This document shows, in pieces, positions 53,465 to 64,000 of a stretch of 64,000 nt of DNA. The notes below the pieces were generated by a model, which was not told where the DNA came from, searched no databases, and saw only the letters and a list, made by a program, of their open reading frames with translations. The position numbers and the translations under genes were made by a program. Origin of the DNA: Octopus sinensis (lineage: Eukaryota); contig NC_043022.1 of the NCBI RefSeq assembly GCF_006345805.1, positions 16,616,001 to 16,680,000 of the forward strand. Reading direction: 5' to 3'. Position 1 is the first letter of the stretch. The number at the start of each line of letters is the position of its first letter.

Positions 53465-53548
53465 CATCTATCTATCTATCCATCTATCCATCCATTCACC
53501 CATCCATCCATCCATCTATCTATCTATATGTCTGTCTGTCTGTCTGTA
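53165..53548. repeat. Compound (ATCT)n/(ATCC)n/(GTCT)n tetranucleotide array
   Basis: Direct reading. Confidence 0.97.
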
Positions 53549-53560
53549 TATGCATAAAGC

Positions 53561-53672
53561 ATGAGTAAGGAGTCTAATGTAGGTCTTGTAAACTAAGAAA
53601 CATATTGCACTCCCTCTCTGTCTGTTTGTCTCTCTCAGCTTATGAAAGACCCACATTAGACTCCTCACTCAT
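53561..53672. repeat. 27-bp inverted repeat (53561-53587 / 53646-53672), 58-bp spacer
   Basis: 25 of 27 pairs. Both exceptions are A.C on the + strand (53567/53666 and 53581/53652). Confidence 0.93.
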
Positions 53673-53769
53673 ATCACTATCGAAACAAGTGTTTAACTAC
53701 GGTCTGTCCATAGCACTCACTTAGCGTTACCTGCCACTCTTTCGGTCTTCTAGATACCAATACCTCTCA

Positions 53770-54230
53770 TATCATCATCATCATCATCATCATCATTTAG
53801 CGTCCGCTTTCCATGCTAGCATGGGTTGGACGGTTCAACTGGGGTCTGGGAAGCCAGAAGGCTGCATCAGGCCCAGTCTGATCTGGCAGTGTTTCTACAG
53901 CTGGATGCCCTTCCTAACACCAACCACTCCGCGAGTGTAGTGGGTGCTTTTTACGTGCCACCTGCACAGGTGCCAGACGGAACTGGCAGACAGCCATGGA
54001 CGGATGGTGCTTTTTACGTGCCACTGGCATGGGGGGGCCAGGCGAGGCTGGCAACGGCCACGAACAGATGGTGCTTTTTACATGCCACCGGCACGGAGGC
54101 CAGTTGGGGCGGTGCTGGCAACGGCCACAATCCGATGGTTCGCTTACTTGTCACCGGCACTGGTATCACAGCTGCAATTTCCATTGATGTTGATCGGCTT
54201 CGATTTTGGTTCTGCTTTCTGATATCTGAT
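53770..54230 (-). mobile_element. SINE family C (ends in an (ATG)n tail on its sense strand; internal GGTGCTTTTTACGTGCCAC repeats x3)
   Basis: (CAT)n-TTTAGCGTCCGCTTTCCATGCTAGCATGGGTTGGACGG start shared with 58670-58935, 3240-3400, 33270-33500 and 49470-49650. Opposite-orientation copies at ~34020-34260 and ~36490-36700. Confidence 0.85.
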
Positions 54231-54584
54231 TTGATTTGATTTGATTTTTGATTTTGATTTTTGATTTTTGATTTTTGATTTTTGATTTTGATATATATAT
54301 ACATATATAAAAGCATGCTAGCATGGAAGGCAGACATTAAATGATGCTGATGATGACATATATATATATATATATTGGTGAAGCAAAACAAAAACAACAA
54401 AAGTAAAAAAAAGATGTGCACAGTGAATGCATAAGGTTGGTGCTCAGTTTAAGATGGAAAAAAGAGTGGAGGTGACGTTTTGAGCGTGGCTCTTCATCAG
54501 AAAGAGGAAAAAAGAAAGGTCTGGAAAGAATAGAATAGAATAGTCGAAGAAAAGCTTGTGTCATTAGAGATATATATAATTGAA

Positions 54585-54840
54585 GGCGTATGAGGTCATG
54601 GGTTCAATACCCAGACTAGCTGCATGTTGTGTTCTTGGAATAAACACGTCATTTCATGATACTCCAGTCTACTCAGCTGTAAGTGGGTCACCCTGTGATG
54701 AAATAGCCTTCTGATCAAGGGGGAATGTTGGCCTGCTCACCTGGCCTATGGGGCAGCATCATTTGAAAGCTAAAACAATGCAAAGTGCATTGTGACCAGT
54801 GGTGTATAACAGCATTTGATAGTCTGGTCAACCATGTGAT
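54585..54840 (+). mobile_element. Older tRNA-derived SINE with a V/Meta/Ceph-like central domain
   Basis: B-box-like GGGTTCAATACC followed by ..TTGTGTTCTTGG...CTCCAGTCTACTCAGCTG. A related core lies on the minus strand near 27290-27350. Confidence 0.45.
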
Positions 54841-54961
54841 ATGTATATGATTATAATTCACATGAAACTTAAAGGGCCCCTCTTTCAGCCTATGAAGTGT
54901 ATTCCACTCTCTCTCTCTCTCTCTCTCTCTCTATCACTTTCTCCCTCTCTCTCTCTCACTT

Positions 54962-54992
<31 letters not shown>

Positions 54993-57900
54993 CTTTCTCT
55001 CTCTCTCTCAGTTTATGAAAGATCTATTCACAAAAGTGATCCAATAAGGAAATATGAATAAACTGTTCACGAATGAGGAGAGAAAATGAAATATTATTTC
55101 TGTGAATCTGAAACCCAAGATTGGATTGTTAAGGGCTGACCTCAACAAGTGTCACCCCTTAACTCAGACCCTTAACTACCACTGTTCTTAATAAACCTAA
55201 TGATCCTCCTCTTTCTTTTTGTTTTGCTTTCACAAAACACAGAATTTGTTCAAAAGATTGTTTTCTTTTTCTACGTCTTCTCTCTGAATTTATGCAAACA
55301 TCGGAAAAAATAGATATTAAAGGATGGCACAGAGAGTTACATCTATCGATTCTTTGGCAGCTGATAATGTGGAAGTTTTTTGGTTTTTACCAAATGTCAT
55401 GCTGCTGGCGGTGAAGGTGGTGGTGGTGATGACTGGTAGTGATGGTGGTGGTAATGTTGATGATAAAGATGGTGATGATGGTAATGATTATGATGGCAGT
55501 GATGATGATGATGATTATGGAGCTGGTGGTGATGATGTCGATGATGATGGTAATGATGATGGTGATGGTATCATCCCACTTCTTTTTTTTTCACAGAAAT
55601 GTATTACCCAAAAGACACCTTGCCAGCGATTGGTGGTTATTATCAACGTCTCCTCCACAGATTTTCCTCCATGTTTCTTCTTCTTCTTCTTCTTCTTCTT
55701 CTTCTTGGAATTGTCGGTGTTCGTCAAGAATATCTCTCATTAAGTCTGGCTAGTGTTTTATTCCTTCACCATTAATTCGCTTTTACTGCTGCCATGGTGC
55801 TACTATTGCTAAAGATGGAACATCTATTATCAAACTCCGTAATTCAATAAAGAAAACACATATCTTCAATTGATACGGCATTAATCATTTACATCATCCA
55901 TCCTCCGTACTCTTCCACCATCCTCCAAGAATCCCTTAAGGATAGCCGTGTTTCTCAGAATCTTCCACTGATAAAACCATAAGCATCATATTTATGGCAA
56001 TATTTATAGAGAATTATTTCGTGTGTTATTTTAAATAACTTCCATATGCTTCTCCTCAGCCAGTTATTGAAAAATAAGCAGATTTCCAAATGAATGCAGT
56101 GGCAGCAGCAGCGCTTACCGTTATTGATGTTGTGTTTGCAAGATTAGCTTTGTCTTGTTTTGCCATTTTTATCTTCAGTTCCAAACCCTGCAGAAACAAT
56201 TTAGCATCTCTTGGATATTTTCCTTCCATACAATGTAAGGGACAGGCGTGGCTGTGTGGTAAGAAGTTCGCTTTACAACCATATTGTTCCAGGTTCAGTC
56301 CCACTTTGTAGCACCTTGAGCAAGGGTCTTTTACTACAGCCAGTGGCTGACCAAAGCCTTGTGAGCTGATTTGGTAGATGGAAACTGAAAGGAATCCATT
56401 ATGAGATTGAGGTTGAGTTACCTTGCCTGTTCATGACTCTAAAATGTTTTCACAACTGGTGCTTTCAGAGAGTATTCTCCACCATGCCAATAGCAGCTTA
56501 CCAGCAAATACTCAAAGCGTATACATTATATGTGGCTGATAATATACATATTTATATATATAAGTTATATGGGTGTCTTTGTGTGTGTTTTTACTCCTAC
56601 CAACCTGGTCACTGATGCAGCTCCACTGCAACTGGTTTGAGGCAAGGCTTTTGGTCAGTATTTATTTATGTCTGTAGGTTTCAAAGTTATAAATAGAATA
56701 TCCTCAACTTTATAGGTCAGTTATTTTGGTTGTCATTGCCTGGTGCTTGGTTTGTTATGTGCCAGAAGTTTGGTTGTTACGTGAATTACAAGTTAAAAGT
56801 CCTTGTGTGATTTTGAAAGGCTGATATGTGCCATTGATGCTGTAATTCTTTTAGTTTCTTCACACAGTCTCAGATCAAATCGCTTGATCAGCATCCCTGA
56901 AATACCAAAATCACATCCTCTCAGTGCTATGATTTTTTTGATTTTTCCGTATGACTTCAGTATTTCATTTCTTGGCAATCTGTGACTAATATATAATGGA
57001 TAAACTTAGTGTTTTGATATTAAATGATTGTTCAATGAAACAAAAACAAAAAACCATCCACATCCATTGAGAAATATTGAAAGAAAAATATGAAAAAAAA
57101 GACTTGAGTTGATATTAAATTCCAATATTATTGTTTTGTTTGAATCTATGGTTGTTAGATATGAGGAGAGAAAAATATTGGTAAAAAGAATAGTTTTTAG
57201 AAAGAAAAAAAATAAAAGAACTTAGAAAACGAATTGTCAGGAATTACAGAAAAAACAGAAAATCTGATCTGTCAAAAAAAAACAAACACAGGATTGTTTT
57301 GTTTGAGCTTTTTTGCACTCTTCTTCGAGATGGCTTTTGTTTTGTTTTTTGATTATGTTAATTATGAGCAGAGAACTTAACCTCTGCCTCTTTGGGATAT
57401 AATAATAATAAGAAGAAGAAGAATCTTTAAGAGAACTGTTAGAATGGTGGATAAAATGCTTAGCAGCATTTCATTTGTTTTTTGTGTTCTGAGTTCAAAT
57501 TCTGTTGAGGTCAACCTTCGCATTTTATCCTTTGCGGGGCTGGTAAAAATGAGTACCAGTTGAGTGCCCGAGAGTCATGACCTGGGTGTGGCCTGGCCCC
57601 CTTACTATGTAAGAAGTTAAGGGCTGAAACACTTGCCTAAGGGATGGAGCTACTTCTCTGAAGACCTTGGCTCTCTGCAAAGTTTCTTATCACTTCTACT
57701 TATTGTGTAACCTCGTAATTATTCATTATTAAAACATTAATTACTGATTCTTATTTGTGTTTCCACCAAAATATTGTCTAAAATGTTGAACAACTTTTTC
57801 TAATAGTGAAACGAAGTAAACTTTATTAACAGTGAGGTTGCTTCTCACATGGGGCCGGATGGATGGTTTGATGTTAAAACTGTGTTCAGTCATATCTTGA

Positions 57901-58529
57901 TACAATTTAAAATGCAGAAAAGGCATTAATGTTATCAGCTTGATAACATTAACTGCTGTTAATGACTAGACATCAACCACTTCCTCCCACACAACTCAGT
58001 GGTCTGAATGGGTTCCACATGAATTTCAATATCGGTTGTTCTTTAGTTTGTCTATGTCTTCCCCTACTTCACCAGATTTTAGAAGCCGAGTCTCGCTTAA
58101 AAAACATATTAAGTCGAAAACATCATTGTGTCTGTCAGTTGATGTTTCACCATAAAAATAAGTAGAAAACAGAAAAAAAAAAAGATGTTACATTTTCGAT
58201 AGGAATCCCACATTAAGCTACACTCCAATAATTTGTCTGCAGGAAATGCCAGAAATCACACAAATGAAGAATTACTTTTTCCCATAATCTACAACAGATT
58301 TTAATTCCTATTTCTCAATGATAGATGGTGGTGGCCACTTGAATTATTTCACCTGTAATCATTTATAATCATATATTAACCAGTCAGAGGCTGTTGTGGT
58401 ATCTCAGCTATCACTGACGGTCTTTTATTATCACTAGTGATATGCTGCTATCACTAAACTCCGCTTCATGCTCTGCTACAGACTCTGTCTAAGCTGGAGT
58501 TAGGGTTGTAGATTCTACAATATCTACAG

Positions 58530-59039
58530 AAGTGTTTCTCAACCACCATTTCTTTTTTTTTTTTTATCTATGGACCCCTTTGATTCCTATTTTGCTCTGG
58601 TGGGCCCTCATAGCCATTCAATGTTTAAAAAGTCCTATTATATTTTTATACTTCAGTATTATAAGGAATTCATCATCATCATCATCATCATCATCGTTTA
58701 GTGTCCGCTTTCCATGCTAGCATGGGTTGGACGGTTCGACCGGGGATCTGGGAAGCCAGAAGGCTGCACCAGGCTCCGGTCTTATCTGGCAATGTTTCTA
58801 CAGCTGGATGCCCTTCCTAACGCCAACCACTCCGTGAGTGTAGTGGGTGTTTTTTACGTGCCACCTGCACTGGTGCCAGGCGAGGCTGGCATCGGTCACG
58901 ATTCGGATTGGTGCATTTTACGTGCCACCTCCACGTATAAAGAAAATTGTTAGGATATTTCGTGTATAGTACAAATACAACAAATTTTCACCAAAAAATC
59001 TTATACGGACCCCTAAGGACCCCTAAGTTGAGAGCTATT
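58530..59039. mobile_element. hAT-like MITE interrupted by a family C SINE
   Basis: Ends AGTGTTTCTCAAC ... GTTGAGAGCT resemble CAGTGTTTCTCAAC-type TIRs, with GGACCCC subterminal motifs at both ends. Confidence 0.5.
58670..58935 (-). mobile_element. SINE family C, inserted in a MITE
   Basis: Highly similar to 53770-53965. Confidence 0.85.
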
Positions 59040-59402
59040 ATTAATCAAGAGGGTAGTTGACAGTCTTTACTCTGTCTGTGCTTTTTGCCTGTATTGCAAT
59101 GCATTACTCTCTTCTGTGTAAATAGAGTCTGTTATACTCTCTGCACTGCAATTGGGAGTCATTGATTTAATCCATTCTGTATAACAGAGTATTACTCCAT
59201 CTGCACTGCTGTACAGCCTGTTATCCTGTCGCTGCAGTCTAGCACTCTGTCTGTTGTGCAGCTGAGGATTGCTGTGCTGCATCTAATGCAGTCAGTGACT
59301 TGCATTGGGGGGTGGGGTGGGTTGATTAGAAGAAGGAGCTCTGGCCATGGCCTTCATGACTTGCTGGTCAGTAGAAGCTCTATTTAAACATCAGCAACAA
59401 CA

Positions 59403-59435
<33 letters not shown>

Positions 59436-59609
59436 GTTATTGTTGCTGTTGTTGTTGTTATCTGAGACTCTAGTCTGTCTGTTAGTTGCTGTATTGAGCT
59501 ACTCTCATAGCTGATCTACTTCTGTGTCTAGACTGTAAAATGGTAGCAAAATTCTTCTATAAAAGACTTAAGTTTATTGTTATATTTCAACAATAGTTGC
59601 TTGCATGTT

Positions 59610-59679
<70 letters not shown>

Positions 59680-59737
59680 GCTGCAACACAACAATACTTT
59701 CAACTGCATCTCATCAATCGATCTCCTCACATTGATT

Positions 59738-59792
<55 letters not shown>

Positions 59793-60500
59793 GCAACTTA
59801 GAATCATTACTTCTTTCCATTATAATGGCGCCTTTTATTGTCAGCAACGTAGGCTCTTACAAACCTCCGTCCTCCTACATGTTTCTAACCATCTCATCTA
59901 AATAACAAATATTAATTCCTAAACTCGTTTAGCTGATTATAAGGCCTTCATTTCAAACATTGTTCTCTCCATTGTATTGAACTCCTCCCAATAAAAGCAG
60001 CCAACGCTGTCTGAGATTGGCTTCATGGTTGATTTCATGGATTGTTACACGTAGCAAGGATATTTATCTATCAATACATTCAGGCCGGCAAAATATTATG
60101 CAATCAATTTAAAAACTCGTCAATAAACTCAATGCATTAAAATTAAGTCCTTCTCTCCGACCCACCACCACCACCTACCATTACCATTTACCATTACCAT
60201 TTACCATTCCACTTCAGACTCGCTGTGTACCATGTCCATCATAAATGTTATATGGCCAAGTGACCGAAAGCATTAGTTTTAAACAGCAGGTTATTATGGC
60301 CATAGAAAGAGTTAAAGAGTCCGTACTTGTTGTATCTCGTCGTTCTACTTGCTTGGTGACACAAACACAATGACAGGTCACAATGGTGGCTACAATCGTT
60401 ATAAATCATTATTATATATAATTTCATAGAATAGGGGTAAAACACGAACCACTTGGGGCTGAGACGTGTGTGTGTGTGTTAATGAATATACATACATATA

Positions 60501-60891
60501 GGCGCAGGAGTGGCTGTGTGGTAAGTAGCTTGCTTACCAACCACATGGTTCCGGGTTCAGTCCCACTGCGTGGCATCTTGGGCAAGTGTCTTCTACTATC
60601 GCCTCGGGCCGACCAAAGCCTTGTGAGTGGATTTGGTAGACGGAAACTGAAAGAAGTCTGTCGTATATATGTATATATGTGTGCGTGTATGTTTGTGTGT
60701 CTGTGTTTGTCCCCCTAGCATTGCTTGACAACCGATGCTGGTGTGTTTAAGTCCCCGTCACTTAGCGGTTCGGCAAAAGAGACCGATAGAATAAGTACTG
60801 GGCTTACAAAGAATAAGTCCCGGGGTCGAGTTGCTCGACTAAAGGTGGTGCTCCAACATGGCTGCAGTCAAATGACTGAAACAAGTAAAAG
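60501..60891 (+). mobile_element. Full-length young SINE, family A (tRNA-derived head + internal (TA)/(TG) microsatellite + 3' body)
   Basis: Head GGCGCAGGAGTGGCTGTGTGGTAAG (A box) ... GGTTCAGTCCC (B box), 3' end ...ATGACTGAAACAAGTAAAAG, CpGs retained. Many related copies in the window. Confidence 0.9.
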
Positions 60892-61073
60892 ACATATATA
60901 CATGTAGGGGTGAGTGTGGCTGTGTGGCAAGAAATTTGCTTCCTCACCACATGGTTCCAGGTTCAGTCCCATCACATGGCACCTTGGGCAAGTGTCTTCT
61001 AATGTATAACTTCAGGCTGATCAAAGCCTGAAGTGGATTTGGTAGACAGAAACTGAAAGAAGCCCATTGTGTG

Positions 61074-61115
<42 letters not shown>

Positions 61116-62064
61116 CACACACATACAGTGGTGGACAGGTTCTAAAAATATTGGTTGCCAGGAGACTAAGGGGACCCACCCACAACTACAATACTTTAAT
61201 TTCATTTTTCTTTTTTGTTAAAAGTATTCTTTCCAACTGTCTACAAACACAGCCAGGCTTAAACAATCCATTCTTCCTGGAGTGAATAAAAAATTCCCAA
61301 ATTTGAGGGGATGGGCCCCCATATATAGATTCTAATGGCGCAGGAGCCTGCTTGCCACCTGGCAACCTGGCCAATCCGCCCAGCGTGATGGGGACTGACA
61401 CACTTAATGATTTGCTTTATTCTCCTGATTCTTTGTAGTTCCTTATTTTTCTTAATCCCTTCCTGTTTGTATCTCTCGCTGCACAACCAAACCTGTTCCC
61501 AGCCATTTCTTCTCAACGTATTTCAGCTGTGACCAATAACAACATGCTCGAGTGAATCCAAATGAACGAAGCATCGTTTATGTAACGAGGTGCATTATTA
61601 CATCACCTGACGAGATGCTTCTGCAACTGTGGGATGCATCGAAATTAATTGCACAGTTCGCCCACTCATGAGGGGTTTGTCCCCACCCCCCGCTGCTTGA
61701 CAACTGGTGTTGATGTGTTTACATCCTCATGACTTAGTGATTCAGCAAAAGAGATCAATAGAATAAGTATTTGGCTTAAAAAAAAAAATAAGTGCTTGGG
61801 CCGATTCATTAGACTAAAATCCAAAGTGGTGCCCCAGCATGGGCACAGTCTAATGATCGAAACAAGTAAAAAGATAAAAGAAACATTCACAATGTCCAGG
61901 CTGAGTAAAAATTGCTTTGTATTCCGTGACATGTTCTCGGCTGATTCTGCCAATCTTTTATACAAAATTGTCAGAAGTTCCATATATATGTGTGTGTGTT
62001 TGTTTGTGTTTGTGTGTGAGGGAGAGAATTCATTCCTGACTTTTGTTTACTTGTCTCTTTACAG

Positions 62065-62132
62065 GAAATTGCTTCCATTTTGATTGCTTTTGATAAACAC
62101 AAAGAATGGCAACTAAGAGAGCTACGAGTCAG
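62065..62132 (+). CDS. CAMTA: CAMTA coding exon, CG-1 domain: EIASILIAFDKHKEWQLRELRV(R); 68 nt, phase 0 to phase 2
   Basis: Acceptor ttgtctctttacag| and consensus donor AG|gtaagc. The translation matches the CAMTA segment EIAAxLIxFxKHxEW that follows RWNTNE. The next CG-1 exon was not found before 64000. Confidence 0.94.
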
Positions 62133-62198
62133 GTAAGCAACACTTATCATTATTATTCATCATACATGCACACACACACACACAAATATATATACACA

Positions 62199-62232
<34 letters not shown>

Positions 62233-63379
62233 AGGTGGTGCTGCAGCATGGCCACAGTCCAATGACTGAAACAAGTAAAATTAAACTAAAAGGAAATATA
62301 ACTTTATATCACTTTATTTTATTCATCCCTTTAGATTGAAAAGATTCTGTTGTTGTTGGCCAGATGTGAACCCTAAACGTTAAATCACCAAAATTCTCAT
62401 CCGTAGCTGGTCTTTCCTTTAACTCTTCTTTAAAAAAAAAATATTCTGTTAGTGTTGTATTGTTGTTTTTGTTATTCAGCCCCAGGTCAATTCTGTTAGT
62501 GTGCAGACCTATTGATGAAAAGTATTTCTGTCTTTTTGTTCTGGCTTAGTTTACCACAGACTACATTATCGTGTGTGCTTTGCTTTTAAGATTGTAGGAT
62601 ATTAGTACAAGGGAGATTTGGCTTCAGGTTGAGTGACCAAATAAAGGCTGAAACATCGTCGCTGAACCATAATTTCTTGTTCAGCCTACCATGTCATGTA
62701 TGTTTGGTTAGGATATATTCTGGCTTTAATTGGGAGAGCCATTTCAGGCAAGACTAACCTCAGAGATTAATCAGTGGATTATCTGTTATGAAGGCTGTAA
62801 TGAAGCCATGTCTTCTTCTTCTTCTTTTCTTCTTCTTCTTCTTCTCTTCTTCTTCTTCTTCACAAGCATGACATTCATTCCGTTATTTCAAGTCCTTGTA
62901 TCACCAGTTGTCAATGTATTTGCCATCCCTAATTTCCATGGAGTTTATATTGTTTTACTGGGGATTAGGTCCAAGAACATAGGCTTTGAGTGTTTTGAAT
63001 GGTAAGGATTTTCTTGGCCTAATGGCACCTTGGTCCCTTTCTCCAACTCCAGATGCTGACAAACAGAAGCAGTTAAGCTCCCAACTGGTACATAGACCTG
63101 GTTCTAGGAAAAATTTGTTCTTGGGATCTTATTATTATCGAGGGACTCAACCTAATCCTGCTGGAACAGGTCTGTGGGAGGGAGGTGGTTCCAAAAACCA
63201 CCAAAAGGTCCTTAGTGCAAGGGATATTACAAACCTCTTCCAAAGTGCATACTGAAAGTAAACACTCAAATCATCCTTCAACTACCATGGAACTTTGGAA
63301 CTTTGATCCCAGATGCAAAATGTGTGAAGGAGATCAAAAGATGAGTAGTGCTGGCAAAATCTGCATCCCCCAAATCATA

Positions 63380-63850
63380 TAACATCTTTAGAAATCATTC
63401 TCTGAGCATCAAGACCAAAATATCTATATTGGATGGCTATGTCTACCCTGTGTTAATGTATGGAAGTGGGTCATGGCCTTATGACATGAGAAATGAGAAG
63501 GTGCTTGGAGAGCTGTGAAATGTGGTTCTTAAGGGGAATACTGAGGTTAGCATGATCAGACAAAGGGTCTAATGAAGGAGTGAGGATCCACACTGTGGTA
63601 AATAGGGAACTGCTTTGTGAGATAAGGGCCAAGCAACTGAGATCCCTTTGTCATGTGATGAGGAATGAGGGCCTGGGGAGTTTAGCAATGACCACAAAGA
63701 CTGAAGGGAAAAGAAGCAGAGGAAGGAGAAGGATGATATGGATGTCAAACTTGAGGAATTGGTTGGAAGGGACGAAGCATTAAACATGAGGAAGTGGAGC
63801 TGTTACAGAGGAGACAAAGAACAGAGAATTGTGGTTGGACATGAGAGCTT
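63380..63850 (+). mobile_element. RTE-clade LINE ORF C-terminal relic
   Basis: Degenerate frames give SIKTKISILDGYVYPVLMYGSGSW, CLESCEMWFLRGILR and LLCEIRAKQLRSLCHVMRNEGLGSLAMTTKTEGKRSRGRRRMIW, which are typical RTE post-RT motifs. Confidence 0.85.
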
Positions 63851-64000
63851 ATGTCCTACATTCTGGACATGGCACCTAAAGAAGAACTTCATATTTATGA
63901 TTAAAGGTTCTTGGTGGTGGATTCGCTTGGAGCAGGCAAGTGGGGTTTGGTGTATGATTGAAAGTTCTGGTGGTGGGGTTTAGGTAAAACAGACGAGTAG

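Larger units (their letters stand above)
25969..62064 (+). other. CAMTA: 36,096-bp GT-AG phase-0 intron of CAMTA
   Basis: Bounded by the two CG-1 exons, whose in-frame junction gives RHRWNTNE|EIASIL. Confidence 0.88.

Noticed and set aside
59128-59188. 10-bp inverted repeat TCTGTTATAC/GTATAACAGA as a possible pre-miRNA
   Set aside because: The stem is too short and the 41-nt interior pairs poorly.
60501-60580. tRNA-like head sequences as tRNA genes
   Set aside because: They continue into SINE bodies, occur in many diverged copies and lack a complete cloverleaf.

Overview
AT-rich, microsatellite- and SINE-dense eukaryotic DNA. The SINE families look like those of Octopus (coleoid cephalopod); this is an inference from recalled repeat sequences, not a database search. 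Almost every ORF in the supplied track is microsatellite or repeat noise. The real host gene is missed by the track: two short + strand coding exons (25877-25968 and 62065-62132), separated by a 36,096-bp phase-0 intron, encode the start of the CG-1 DNA-binding domain of a calmodulin-binding transcription activator (CAMTA). Its 5' end probably lies in a CpG-rich patch near 21-21.8 kb, and the rest of the gene lies beyond the window. The main mobile element is a 5'-truncated Penelope-like retroelement (RT plus C-terminal GIY-YIG, 14.2-16.5 kb). It has a ~600-bp inverted terminal copy and is inserted in the internal microsatellite of a SINE. The most unusual signal is a set of hammerhead-ribozyme (HHR) motifs and fold-back hairpins. 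These are a near-intact minimal type I HHR at 14063-14114, a variant HHR in the Penelope terminus (4 copies), a 100-bp-arm fold-back of that terminus inside the CAMTA intron, and further relics. The intron also holds several non-TE hairpins that are candidate ADAR substrates. Other features are a near-perfect 471-bp triplication, RTE/CR1 LINE relics and MITEs. SINE and LINE boundaries are approximate (about +/-20 bp).
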